From contig JBGSJL010000343.1 of the NCBI GenBank assembly GCA_041741955.1, positions 13,953-77,952 of the forward strand: 64,000 bases of DNA, in the 5' to 3' direction. Position numbers and translations under genes: made by a program. A model generated the notes under the pieces. It saw only the letters and a program-made list of their open reading frames with translations, did not search any database and was not told the DNA's origin. The stretch is from Pirellulaceae bacterium (GTDB lineage: Bacteria > Planctomycetota > Planctomycetia > Pirellulales > Pirellulaceae). Of the stretch, positions 43,286-53,282 are shown piece by piece (the stretch's first letter is position 1; every line of letters begins with the position of its first letter).

Positions 43286-43367
43286 TGCTTTGCAAAACTC
43301 GAGAATAGGGATAAGCCGTTTTGGCGATCGACAAAGTTCCTACTCTATCAACTGGCTAAAGTCCAAT

Positions 43368-45605
43368 CTACGAGTCGAGCGCCATGCCGCCAGCGCTGTC
43401 GACGAAGATGACCCGTGGTAGGCGAGCCGTGAGCGTCTCCATGCGATGGAAGAGTTCCATTTCCTGCCCTTCTTCGGGTGTTTGGAATCCCATGAGTACG
43501 ATGGATGCGTGCTTCGATTCGGCGTGGATAACATCTTCGGTAGGAGACTGGGTAACGATGACTCGCGTTTCGGCATCAATTCGAGCACTAGCGGTGAGTG
43601 CTATCAAGTGCCGTTGAACTTCGGCCTTAGCTTCTTCTTTTTCGACCACTCTCAACACACGAATGATGTTGGAGCGCCATTCGGGGTTCTGATGCAATAG
43701 GTGGGCCAGTAGCATCATCAACGCACCGTTTTCCATACCACGCCACCAGACATCGATCGTGCCTTCAGGCACGTCCCAATGTTGTTCAACCGACGTCGTT
43801 TTGTCTTCATCCGTATCGCGATATTCGAGAAATCGGGCTGCCAATACGCTCTCTCCCATCCTGGCTACTAGACGGATAATCGAGCCGAACGACTCGGCCT
43901 TCGAATCATCGCGGGGCCAACCGAGCAGTACTGTGTTGGGACGGAGGCCACCAATGCCGTGGCATTGCAGCAGCGACTCGACTCCATCGGACAAGAACTC
44001 ATTCACGGTGACGGCAGGGAAAGCCTGCAGTTGTTCTTTGGCAATAAACCCGCGAAGGGCTTTTTCGTAACGTTTGCGCCGTTCTGCATGATCTTCGATA
44101 TCGCCGGTAACCACGTGTGCCAAAGTGAGGATGCCATGTCCTGACGTAAGCCAGTGTCCGTAGATAGGTATGTAGGGTCGCGTCCAGCCAGTCCCGCTCA
44201 AAGCCATTACGATGGGTCGCCAATTCTTAGGATGGAAAGCGCCTTCTTCCAGTTTTAGCAGCGACTTTCGAGCTCGCTCAAAAACAACTCCACTTTGCAG
44301 GTCTCCCCAGCGTGACTCGATTTCTCGCCATCGAATAAACCAATGTAAGAGAGCGATGAAGCCGATCGATATCATCGCCCAAAGCCAATTGATCAGGAAC
44401 ATTACGGCCAAGCAACCCAGGGCACCAGCCAGTGAAATACTCCAATGGCGGAAACGAAAGGTGGGACGATAACTCGGGTTCTTGGTCACCGCTTCATAAA
44501 ACGTTGCCAAGTTAAGTAAGCCATACGTGATCATAAAAAACATAGTGATGATCGGAGCGATGGCGTTCAAGTCTCCCAAGAATATACAGACTTGCGCAAT
44601 TAGAAAAGTGAGAATTGTCGCCCGACGCGGCTCGTTAGCTCGGCCGCTACCGGCAGCAAAAACCTTAAGCGAACGGAAGATGTCGTCTTTTGCGAATGCT
44701 TGGAGAATGCGAGGTGCTCCCATCATCGAACCCAGAGCCGATGACAGCGTCGCCGCAAAGACTCCCGCCGTGATCCATATCGGCCAAACGGCAATGTCGC
44801 GAATGACCATGTTGTTCGTGATTAAATCGTCTGCAGGTCGCGCGCAGCCGAGCAAGACGGCTTGCGAAATATAAATAACAGCCGTGACTACGACGGCTAG
44901 AAGCGTACCCTTAGGAATTGATTTGGATGGATTGGCGAGATCACCCGACATATTGGCGCCAGCCATGATGCCAGTAACCGCCGGAAAAAAGAGCGCAAAC
45001 ATAGTGAAAAAGTTTTCGCCTTCAGCATATCGAGACGTTAAGTTCGATTGAAGATAGCTGGTATTAAAGTCAGAGATAGCGCCTGCGTAAAATGAGCCGA
45101 GCGACAGAACTAGAATTGCTAAAATTAGGTATTGAACTTTTATTGTCCACCCAGCGCCGATGTACACGCAGACAAATACGATGAAATTTGTCAAACTGGC
45201 AACTCCCAAAAAACTATGGGACAGTCCAGGAAAGGTTTCGGTCACTGCTTCCGTGAAGCCGATTACGTACATGGCAACTGAAATCGCCTGAGCTAAAAAG
45301 AACACGACTCCGATGGCTCCGCCGAACTCGACACCCAGCGAACGACTGATTAAGTAGTACGCGCCACCTCCCTTGACGCGCGTATTGGTAGCGATCGCGG
45401 ACAGTGAAAGTGTGGTTAGCGTGGTGATGATCTTGGCGGCAAGCACGATGAGAATCGCATGGACGATTCCAGCTTGACCGACTACTTGACCGAACCTCAG
45501 AAACATGATCACGCCGAGAATCGTTAGCGTGCAAGGTGTAAAAACACCCCCAAACATGCCGAATTTCTTAGCGCCGGAGTGATTCTCTGTTGGGTTACCA
45601 GCCAT
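43368..45605 (-). CDS. APC-superfamily permease, cation-chloride cotransporter (SLC12)-like
   Basis: GVFTPCTLTILGVIMFLR, GGAYYLISRSLGVEFGG, FFPAVTGIMAG, KNWRP, GLRPNTVLLG and IDVWW in a large cytosolic C-terminal domain. Confidence 0.9.
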   Translation of the reverse strand: MAGNPTENHSGAKKFGMFGGVFTPCTLTILGVIMFLRFGQVVGQAGIVHAILIVLAAKIITTLTTLSLSAIATNTRVKGGGAYYLISRSLGVEFGGAIGVVFFLAQAISVAMYVIGFTEAVTETFPGLSHSFLGVASLTNFIVFVCVYIGAGWTIKVQYLILAILVLSLGSFYAGAISDFNTSYLQSNLTSRYAEGENFFTMFALFFPAVTGIMAGANMSGDLANPSKSIPKGTLLAVVVTAVIYISQAVLLGCARPADDLITNNMVIRDIAVWPIWITAGVFAATLSSALGSMMGAPRILQAFAKDDIFRSLKVFAAGSGRANEPRRATILTFLIAQVCIFLGDLNAIAPIITMFFMITYGLLNLATFYEAVTKNPSYRPTFRFRHWSISLAGALGCLAVMFLINWLWAMISIGFIALLHWFIRWREIESRWGDLQSGVVFERARKSLLKLEEGAFHPKNWRPIVMALSGTGWTRPYIPIYGHWLTSGHGILTLAHVVTGDIEDHAERRKRYEKALRGFIAKEQLQAFPAVTVNEFLSDGVESLLQCHGIGGLRPNTVLLGWPRDDSKAESFGSIIRLVARMGESVLAARFLEYRDTDEDKTTSVEQHWDVPEGTIDVWWRGMENGALMMLLAHLLHQNPEWRSNIIRVLRVVEKEEAKAEVQRHLIALTASARIDAETRVIVTQSPTEDVIHAESKHASIVLMGFQTPEEGQEMELFHRMETLTARLPRVIFVDSAGGMALDS

Positions 45606-45645
45606 GAAGTTCGTCTGTGAACGAAAAGAATGATTGAGATCGGAA

Positions 45646-46731
45646 CTAGCTTTTCTCGACGACCATCACGTTGGTTGAAAGTTCATCGATCAACCTTTCT
45701 TCGGTTCCATCATTGTTAGCTCTGCGATGTGCCATTTGGGCGGGTTGCATCGAAGCCGGAAGCAATCCGATATGGCACACCGGTTCGCCCGGTGTAACGG
45801 CTGGAAGCGTGGTCATGCCAATGACGACACCTGCAAAAGGTGCGTTCATTGTGCTCTTCTCGACGCCCAACAAGTTCGTGTTGGTCGCGATCGGCTGATC
45901 CGCTTCGACGACTTCACCTGGCTTAACATGGAACTGTAGGAATCCTCCGCGTTGTGCGCGCAGCCACTTTGTCTTATGAATCACAGTCTGATGCTGTAGA
46001 ACTTTGGGCGTCCCTGCGAGCATCCCCAGCGAGCGCAGGACATTTTTAATCCCCTGTTCAATGATGGCCACGATGCCAGGTTCGACCTTCCAAACTTCTC
46101 CACCCTCCATGATGATCGTGGGGCAGCCCGCCGCGCAGGCTTCGCGGCGAAAGGAACCCTCAGGACCTTTGCCATCCAGAATCAACTCGCATCCAAACGA
46201 CCGGGCAAGTTGGGCAACGACAGGGTCGCTCATGTTCCCTCGGATATTGGGGTAATTCGTCCGACGCACTGCAGCGGTATGCAGGTCGATTCCAAAATCG
46301 CTGCGCGACACAATTTCACTGAAGACATTGTGAGCCATGCGACTGGCCAAGCTTCCGTCTGGTGAACCTGGGAAGAAGCGATTCAAATCGCGTCGGTCCG
46401 GCAGATAGCGAGAGTGTCGGTCGAACGCGAGCAGATTTAAAACTGGCACGAGTATCAAGTTGCCGCGAATGAGCTCAAGATCGCCAGAATGCAGCAGTTG
46501 CCGTATGGCGCCCGTGCCATTGATTTCATCTCCGTGCAGGGCCGCCGTCACAAAAATCGTTGGCCCCTCCTGGATTGCGCGGCGCACCTGAATAGGGATC
46601 CTCACATTCATCCCGCTATAGCTCTCGCTGATCGTCAACTTGATATTTTTTGTTTCCCCTAAGCCAACATGTTCATCCCCCCAAGTGCCGACAGGCTTCT
46701 TTTCGAACAGTTTTCGCTTATGGGACATCAA
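45646..46731 (-). CDS. Succinylglutamate desuccinylase/aspartoacylase (M14-like) family protein
   Basis: HGDEING, DLNRFFPG and IDLHT motifs; C-terminal biotinyl-like barrel. Confidence 0.9.
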   Translation of the reverse strand: MMSHKRKLFEKKPVGTWGDEHVGLGETKNIKLTISESYSGMNVRIPIQVRRAIQEGPTIFVTAALHGDEINGTGAIRQLLHSGDLELIRGNLILVPVLNLLAFDRHSRYLPDRRDLNRFFPGSPDGSLASRMAHNVFSEIVSRSDFGIDLHTAAVRRTNYPNIRGNMSDPVVAQLARSFGCELILDGKGPEGSFRREACAAGCPTIIMEGGEVWKVEPGIVAIIEQGIKNVLRSLGMLAGTPKVLQHQTVIHKTKWLRAQRGGFLQFHVKPGEVVEADQPIATNTNLLGVEKSTMNAPFAGVVIGMTTLPAVTPGEPVCHIGLLPASMQPAQMAHRRANNDGTEERLIDELSTNVMVVEKS

Positions 46732-46807
46732 TTGAGTCTAGCATCGCGTCGAAAAAAACGCGTCTGGGTAGTTATGGGATAAATGCCATTGCTGAGCGAC
46801 AGTGCTG

Positions 46808-48031
46808 CTACACCTCGATAGGCGAGTCTTGGACATGCGCGATCTCGGAATCTTGGATCGATCGCACAGCAGGTGCGCGGCGACTACGTGTTTTCTTGGG
46901 GACCATGCTCTTCATCGATTCGAGCTTGCCGAAACATAGCAGTCGATCGTTCGGTTCGAGCACTCGATCCGCACGGGGATTTGGAACGACAGTCGTGCCA
47001 CGGTAAAGCGTCAGCACGTTCACATCGCTCTCGCGCAGCTTGGATTCTGTGATCGTCTTACCGACGAAAAAGGAACCCTCTGGGACATAGATTTCAGCCA
47101 CGCCGTAGCCCCGACTGACCGTTAGACGCTGGCGGACGTCGATCTCAGGAAAATCGACTTGTGCGGCCATGTAATCAATGATCGCACCGGCAATATCCAA
47201 TTGCGTACAGGTTTCGATGCCTTCGAGCCCCGGCGAGGAGTTAACCTCCATGACTTGAGGGCCGTCTTTACCCTCCAGCATGTCTACTCCAGCGACTCGC
47301 AGCCCCATAATCTGGGCCGAGCGCACGGCCGTTTCTTTGAAACCTTCGTCCAAACTTACGACTTCCGTCTTGCCGCCTCGATGAACATTACTACGAAATT
47401 CTTGACCCTGAGCCACCCTCCGCATGGCACCTACCACTTGATCGCCCACGACAAAGGCGCGTATATCCCTGCCCTTGCTTTCCACCACAAACTTCTGAAC
47501 CAGCACGTTTTGCTTCTGACTTTGCAGTAGTTCTATGATCGCTTCAGCCGACTTGATCGATTCGGCCAGCAAGACTCCAATGCCCTGTGTGCCTTCGATT
47601 AGTTTGATAATGACTGGCGCTCCACCCACGCGCTCAATGGCTGGCAAGACGTCGCGCTTGTCGCGCACAAAGGTGGTCTTCGGCATGCCTATGTGGTGGC
47701 GGCTTAGAATTTGCAAGCTACGCAATTTGTCACGCGAATTGGAAATGCCGCCAGACGAATTACAGCAAAACACGTCCATCTGCTCGAACTGTCGCACGAC
47801 GGCGGTTCCGAAGTAAGTTATCGAGGCGCCAATTCGAGGCAGCACAGCGTCGTAGTCCGTTAGCTGTTTCTGCCGGAAATAGAGCTCCGGCGAGCCCTGT
47901 TCCAGATCGATAGCAAACTTTAGAGTGTCGAGCACTTTGACGGTGTGGCCACGCTGTACCGCCGCTTCTACCAATCGCCGAGTGCTGTAGCACTTGGTGC
48001 TACAGGATAGGATTCCCAACTTCATATTCAC
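46808..48031 (-). CDS. RimK-family alpha-L-glutamate ligase with a C-terminal RCK_C (TrkA-C) domain
   Basis: PRIGAS, SRDKLRSLQIL, GTQGIGV, FRSNVHRGG and EVNSSPGLEGIE; extra ~100 aa including GSFFVGKTITESKLRESDVNVLTLYRG...PNDRLLCFG. Confidence 0.92.
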   Translation of the reverse strand: MNMKLGILSCSTKCYSTRRLVEAAVQRGHTVKVLDTLKFAIDLEQGSPELYFRQKQLTDYDAVLPRIGASITYFGTAVVRQFEQMDVFCCNSSGGISNSRDKLRSLQILSRHHIGMPKTTFVRDKRDVLPAIERVGGAPVIIKLIEGTQGIGVLLAESIKSAEAIIELLQSQKQNVLVQKFVVESKGRDIRAFVVGDQVVGAMRRVAQGQEFRSNVHRGGKTEVVSLDEGFKETAVRSAQIMGLRVAGVDMLEGKDGPQVMEVNSSPGLEGIETCTQLDIAGAIIDYMAAQVDFPEIDVRQRLTVSRGYGVAEIYVPEGSFFVGKTITESKLRESDVNVLTLYRGTTVVPNPRADRVLEPNDRLLCFGKLESMKSMVPKKTRSRRAPAVRSIQDSEIAHVQDSPIEV

Positions 48032-48118
48032 TCCATTCTAGCCACGAAGACTTTTACTGAAGGATAGTGCAGCCAGCCAACAAAGCAATACCTCAGAATT
48101 ACCGGTAATCCAAGAAAG

Positions 48119-48805
48119 CTAATCGCTTCCTTGCGTCCAACGTTGGATGGCGGTGTTATGGACGCCAAGCTGATCCAGGATGCGGGCCACAATAAAATCG
48201 ACGAGATCCAGTAAACGCGTAGCACCATGGTACCAGCCTGGCGAGGCAGGCAGAACCACTGCGCCAGCTACTGCGAGTCGCTGCATGTTTTCGAGTTGCA
48301 TCGTGCTCAGCGGCGTCTCGCGTGGCACGACGATCAACTTCCGATGCTCCTTCAAATGCACCTCGGCGGCGCGTTGAATCAAGTTTTGGCTCGCCGCGTG
48401 TGCAATCCCGCTGAGCGTGCTCCCAGAACACGGGCAGACCACCATACCGGCCGTGAGAAACGAACCGCTGGCGATCGGTGTGAAATAGTCTTTGTAATGA
48501 TGAATTGTCAACAAATCCTCGGCGACTTCGCGAGCGCGAGCTGTCGACCAACTATCTTCGTGGGCTGTGCCGAGCAACAAGTCTGCGGCTGCCAGGGCGT
48601 CAAAGATATTTTCGCCGTGCAGTCCCACCACGACTTGCAATTCCTGGCGCACCACGGCCGCGCCGGAATCGCTGATGGTAAAGTGGACGGCCAGGCCCTG
48701 CGAAAGTAGGGCTTGCAGCAAACGCATTGCATACACAGCACCGCTAGCTCCGGTGACGGCCAATACAATCGGCGGAGGCATACTCCGTAACTGTTTTGCG
48801 GGCAT
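48119..48805 (-). CDS. ubiX: Flavin prenyltransferase
   Basis: VTGASGAVY, IASGS, PCSGSTL, RAAEVHLKE and RETP. Confidence 0.92.
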   Translation of the reverse strand: MPAKQLRSMPPPIVLAVTGASGAVYAMRLLQALLSQGLAVHFTISDSGAAVVRQELQVVVGLHGENIFDALAAADLLLGTAHEDSWSTARAREVAEDLLTIHHYKDYFTPIASGSFLTAGMVVCPCSGSTLSGIAHAASQNLIQRAAEVHLKEHRKLIVVPRETPLSTMQLENMQRLAVAGAVVLPASPGWYHGATRLLDLVDFIVARILDQLGVHNTAIQRWTQGSD

Positions 48806-48810
48806 AGCGA

Positions 48811-49662
48811 CTAAGGCCTTTCGCCGACATAAAGCGTAGCGACTCCAAAGGTCATAGCCATCACACGTATCGAGCTCAGTCCGGCCGCCTGCATTCGGTC
48901 CGCTAAGGCTTGGCCGCTTGGAAATTCGATAACGCTGTTGGGCAAATAGTCGTAAGCCCCTGTGTCGTTCTTTGCAAACCTCTGGCCTATCCGCGGTAGT
49001 ACGTGACGAAAGTAGGCTTGATAGGCCTGTTTGATACCAGGCACGCTAGGTGTTGAAAATTCGAGCACCGCGACCTGACCTCCAGGAGCACAGACCCGCA
49101 CCATCTCTCGCAGCCCCAAATCGGTGTCTTGTACATTGCGCAAACCGAAGGCCACCGTGACCGCTTGGAATTCACCGTCGGCGAACGGTAAATTCTGCGA
49201 GTCAGCTTGGATAAACTCGACGAGCCTCTGTGGGTACTTGCCTCCCTGTTTTTTCCTCGCCAGTGCGAGCATCGGCTCGCAAAAATCGGTTCCGAAAACC
49301 TTGCCCTTGCCATCCAGCCGATCCGCCAACAGCAACGCGAGATCACCTGTGCCTGTACAGCAATCTAATACGGGGAGTGATCCGTCCAGCCTCAATTCAC
49401 GCAGGACGCGCTTCCGCCAGCGGATATCGATGCCCAGCGACAGCACGTGATTCATCAAATCGTAACGTGGAGCTATCTGAGCGAACATCTCCCGCACTCG
49501 CGCACCACTCTTGTCAACGCGTGGATGCTCTGCCCCAGCGGCATGCACCACTGGGCCGGACGTGTCGCACCGTGCAACAACTTGGGCTTCATTCTCGACA
49601 GTTGAATTCCCAGCCATTGGGTTTTCAGTGGCTTGCCGGCCCTCGTCTGATTCGATACGCAT
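48811..49662 (-). CDS. ubiE: UbiE/MenG C-methyltransferase
   Basis: MFAQIAPRYDLMNHVLSLG, LDCCTGTGD, AFGLRNV and YDYLPNS; start may lie further downstream. Confidence 0.92.
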   Translation of the reverse strand: MRIESDEGRQATENPMAGNSTVENEAQVVARCDTSGPVVHAAGAEHPRVDKSGARVREMFAQIAPRYDLMNHVLSLGIDIRWRKRVLRELRLDGSLPVLDCCTGTGDLALLLADRLDGKGKVFGTDFCEPMLALARKKQGGKYPQRLVEFIQADSQNLPFADGEFQAVTVAFGLRNVQDTDLGLREMVRVCAPGGQVAVLEFSTPSVPGIKQAYQAYFRHVLPRIGQRFAKNDTGAYDYLPNSVIEFPSGQALADRMQAAGLSSIRVMAMTFGVATLYVGERP

Positions 49663-49666
49663 TGAG

Positions 49667-50254
49667 TTACACCAAATAGATCTGAAGTTCGCGACAACCG
49701 TGAGCGCCTATGACTAGTGATTGCTCAATGTCAGCCGTCTTGCTAGGTCCAGACAGGAACAGTCCGAATCCAGGTCGCGGCATGTGAGCGCGTACATACG
49801 CTTCGTGCATTGTGTGTACGATCATGTCGCGGCGGACAACCAGCACCAGAAACTGCGTAATAAAAAAAACGACGCGATGCCGAAGGTCTTGGTCGGTTAA
49901 CCAAATTGCCCCGTTTTCGGCAACCGCAAATTCACCGGGGTAGACAACAAAATCGAGGCTTTCCAAATCGTGGGAATCTTCGATTTGTGACAAATCGACA
50001 TTGCCAGCCACTTGCGGCAACTTAGAAAAAACCCGCTGAGCCGTCTTCCAGGGCTCGAACTTCTCCAAATGCCTGGGCAGCTCGTCAGAGCTCTCGAGCT
50101 GGACGCAACTGCCACCCACGAATTCTATCATCTTCGAAAACTGCTCAAGCGGATCTGGAAAGCGAATCCAGTCCCCTTGGATGACGTCCGGCAAGCTAAC
50201 TTGCTCGACGATTTGGCGCTTCAGCTTAACAAGGATTTCGTTTCTAGCGGACAT
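49667..50254 (-). CDS. LutC/YkgG (LUD domain) protein
   Basis: AVAENGAIW and SGPSKTADIEQSLVIGAHG. Confidence 0.88.
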   Translation of the reverse strand: MSARNEILVKLKRQIVEQVSLPDVIQGDWIRFPDPLEQFSKMIEFVGGSCVQLESSDELPRHLEKFEPWKTAQRVFSKLPQVAGNVDLSQIEDSHDLESLDFVVYPGEFAVAENGAIWLTDQDLRHRVVFFITQFLVLVVRRDMIVHTMHEAYVRAHMPRPGFGLFLSGPSKTADIEQSLVIGAHGCRELQIYLV

Positions 50255-50459
50255 GGATTCGTTCTAACGTTTTCGCCACAGTGGCCGTTGACTGGCAGTT
50301 CGCATTGCGGGAGCTGATGATCGGCACAGCATATTCTATTTGGGCTGCTTTGTTAGCGGAAGTCGACGCAACAAGCTACAATGACCCCGCGCCGCTCCAT
50401 TACGCGGGTCTCTACAGTCTCCGTGCCCGTCAACCTCTAATTCACGATATCCGGAACCA

Positions 50460-51761
50460 ATGCCTGCTTGGTTAAACCTAATCTTGGCTTTCACGTTAGT
50501 GGTGGCCAATGGTTTCTTCGTGGCTGCTGAATTTGCATTAGTTAAAGTCCGTATTAGCCGCGTCGAACAACTGGTGCTGCAGCGAAGATTCTTCGCGAAA
50601 ACCGCCCGCTGGCTGGCTCTGCGACTGGAACGGTCGCTCTCAGCGTGCCAGTTAGGTATTACGATGGCCTCGTTGGCACTGGGCTGGGTTGGAGAGCCTG
50701 CGTTTGCAGCCCTCCTAGAACCGCTGATACACTTAGTGGGCATCCATTCCGACACGGCTGTGCACACAATTTCTTTCATTGTCGGGTTCACCGTCATCAC
50801 GGCCCTACATCTAGTGATTGGCGAGCAAGCTCCAAAAATCTTTGCTATTCGACAGCCCGAAAACATGTTGCTGTGGACCGCCCTGCCGCTAAAAGCTTTT
50901 TACTTGTTTACGTATCCATTGATGATTGGACTCAATGCGGCGACGGGCTGGCTGCTGCGATCAATCGGGCTTAAAGATGCCAGCGAACACGAAGTCCCAC
51001 ACACCGAAGAAGAGATTCGCGCTCTCCTCCGCGAGGCACATATTCACGGTAATCTGACGCGATCCGAACACAATCTACTGGACGCAGTCTTCGAGTTTGA
51101 TGACATTATCTGCCGCCGAATCATGCTGCCTCGTGGTGAAATAGACTTTGTTGATATTAACGAAGCTGTCGCAACCACTATCGATATGATTCGCCGCACT
51201 AAACACACTCGCTACCCCCTTTGCGATGGCTCGCTGGACGAAGTACTGGGCGTCGTGCATGTCAAAGATATGGTAGGACGTAAGCTGGACAGCGGCTTTC
51301 AATTCCAGTCGATCATGCGTCCTCCGAAAAAAGTTCCCGAGAGTATGCCCATCAGTAAATTGCTGCGGCATTTTCAAGGCACCCATCAGTTGCTGGCTTT
51401 TGTGCTAGATGAATATGGTACCGTCATCGGCATAGTAACCCTAGAAAATGTTCTTGAAGAAATTATCGGTAATGTTGCCGATGAGTTCGATGTCGAAGAC
51501 CCCGATATCGTGCCCGATGGCGCTGGGGCGTTCATAATTAGTGGCGGCGCTGCGGTCGATGACGTGGAACAACAACTCGGTTTGTCCTTCGGCGAAACGG
51601 ATGCCGACAGTATGTCGGGCCTCTTGATGCACTTTGCCCACAGAATTGTCAATGCAGGCGACCTAGTCGACCTCGGCGTAGCCCAAGCAAAAGTGCTCGA
51701 AGTCATCGACGACCGCACCACGCGACTGCGAATCCACCTAGTCGCCGCAGACCCCGAGTAA
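50460..51761 (+). CDS. CNNM/CBS/CorC-HlyC (hemolysin-family) transporter
   Basis: ANGFFVAAEFALV, QLGITMASLALG, GEQAPK, HTRYP and DEYG...TLENVLEEIIG. Confidence 0.93.
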   Translation: MPAWLNLILAFTLVVANGFFVAAEFALVKVRISRVEQLVLQRRFFAKTARWLALRLERSLSACQLGITMASLALGWVGEPAFAALLEPLIHLVGIHSDTAVHTISFIVGFTVITALHLVIGEQAPKIFAIRQPENMLLWTALPLKAFYLFTYPLMIGLNAATGWLLRSIGLKDASEHEVPHTEEEIRALLREAHIHGNLTRSEHNLLDAVFEFDDIICRRIMLPRGEIDFVDINEAVATTIDMIRRTKHTRYPLCDGSLDEVLGVVHVKDMVGRKLDSGFQFQSIMRPPKKVPESMPISKLLRHFQGTHQLLAFVLDEYGTVIGIVTLENVLEEIIGNVADEFDVEDPDIVPDGAGAFIISGGAAVDDVEQQLGLSFGETDADSMSGLLMHFAHRIVNAGDLVDLGVAQAKVLEVIDDRTTRLRIHLVAADPE

Positions 51762-51772
51762 GGGGGTGGCCG

Positions 51773-52717
51773 ATGAGCCCGATTGCCAGTCAGCTCAATA
51801 TCAGCAGGTTTAGCCTCGCCCATCCGTCGCTCCCCGAGCGACGAGTGCTCGAATTGTTCGCAGGTATCGGTGGGTTGGCATGTTGTTGGTCCAGCGCCCA
51901 TGTTGTGGCAGCGATTGACATCAATCAAAATGCCGCGCACGTCTACAGACGCAACTTTTCACATCCCTACGCTATTCGAGAAATCCAGTCGCTTACGGAT
52001 CGGGAACTTGCGGACTATCAAGCGGATTTTTGGTGGCTCTCACCACCCTGCCAACCATTTTCGCGTCGCGGCCACCGGCAGGACGAAGTCGATCCGCGCA
52101 CGCGTGGACTCTTGCGTATGATCCAGGCCATCGACGCCTTGCGCCCTCGAGCCCTGGGACTTGAAAATGTAGTGGGGTTCGCCAAATCGCAAACCTGCGA
52201 GCTGCTCAGAAAGTGCTTGGACAACGCGGGCTATTGCGTGCTGATGGACGACCTCTGTCCTAGCCAAATGGCTTGGCCCAATCGACGCCCTAGGACCTAC
52301 CTACTAGCGTCGCTCGACCCGCTGCTTGATTGGCAACCCCTTCCGCAGTACGCGGCTAGCCTCGTCGATTTTTTGGAACCCGACATTTCGCCAGATAGCG
52401 ACCTGTGGCTAGCAGACGAACTCAAAACACAGTACTCGCAGGCGATCGATCGCGTCGATCCATCGGACGACAATTCTATCGCCGCTTGCTTCGCGGGCAG
52501 TTATGGCAAGACACTACTGCGCGCCGGTTCCTACCTACGCTGTGGCGACCACTACCGGCGCTTCGCACCCCGCGAAGTTGCCCGACTGATGGGCTTTCCA
52601 AATAGCTTTGACCTTGCCGGAGTGTCACAACGAACGGCTTGGAAGTTACTCGGCAACAGTCTATCGCTGCCCGTCGTGCGGTATGTGTTGTCTCACCTGG
52701 ATAACGAAAGTAAATAG
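51773..52717 (+). CDS. C5-cytosine methyltransferase, Dnmt2/TRDMT1-like
   Basis: Motif I ELFAGIGG, IV SPPCQPF, VI LENVVGF, VIII PNRRPRTY, CFAGSYG, IX RRFAPREVARLMGFP and X LLGNSL. Confidence 0.88.
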   Translation: MSPIASQLNISRFSLAHPSLPERRVLELFAGIGGLACCWSSAHVVAAIDINQNAAHVYRRNFSHPYAIREIQSLTDRELADYQADFWWLSPPCQPFSRRGHRQDEVDPRTRGLLRMIQAIDALRPRALGLENVVGFAKSQTCELLRKCLDNAGYCVLMDDLCPSQMAWPNRRPRTYLLASLDPLLDWQPLPQYAASLVDFLEPDISPDSDLWLADELKTQYSQAIDRVDPSDDNSIAACFAGSYGKTLLRAGSYLRCGDHYRRFAPREVARLMGFPNSFDLAGVSQRTAWKLLGNSLSLPVVRYVLSHLDNESK

Positions 52718-53282
52718 TATCCGTTAGTTTTTCTCAATCGCTTATCCAAAGAATTTCTGGCAGGAAAATATGGGACACTCAACCTTCGAGAGTGGCCAAC
52801 GCACTCTCACCAACAGCCATCTACAATCAACCGGCATGGTTAGTATGTCGGAAGTCTGAAGCAAGCTCGCTCCTAAGAGATGAAACGCCCTCGTGCGGAC
52901 CCGCATGCCAAGTGTTGTGGGAGCAGTCCTGGGTAACCAGACGCCTATCCCGCTGCCATCGTTGGCGCGAGTCTCTACGATGTCGGCAAAAATTTGTCTT
53001 TGAAGATCCTATGCGGCCAGCACAGCCGGAGCAACTTGTTCTATGGTCGCGGGCGGATGCGAGTGTATCAATAGGTGCGATAACCGAGAAGCCGCGTGCG
53101 TGCCAGGTCGATAGGGCGTCTTCTTGGAGCCAGCGGAAACGGCGGCACTGGGGTTCACCAGTAAGGCAAGTTCGTGTAAACAACTGTTCTTGCCAAACAG
53201 ATTTGCGCCGGTTTCGACGCTAAACCAATCTTTTCGGCAAATGCTCGCCAACCACAATTCAACGCAACTCGGAGCAATCCGG

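Noticed and set aside
48028-48228. rimB protease or leader ORF upstream of rimK
   Set aside because: It mostly overlaps ubiX and has no DTGA aspartic-protease motif.
52792-53257. ORFs of 82-143 aa between the methyltransferase and USP genes
   Set aside because: They are mutually overlapping and Arg/Cys/Trp-rich, with no RBS or recognisable motif.
51773-53282. Type II restriction-modification system
   Set aside because: No plausible endonuclease ORF flanks the methyltransferase, and its motifs fit Dnmt2 better.
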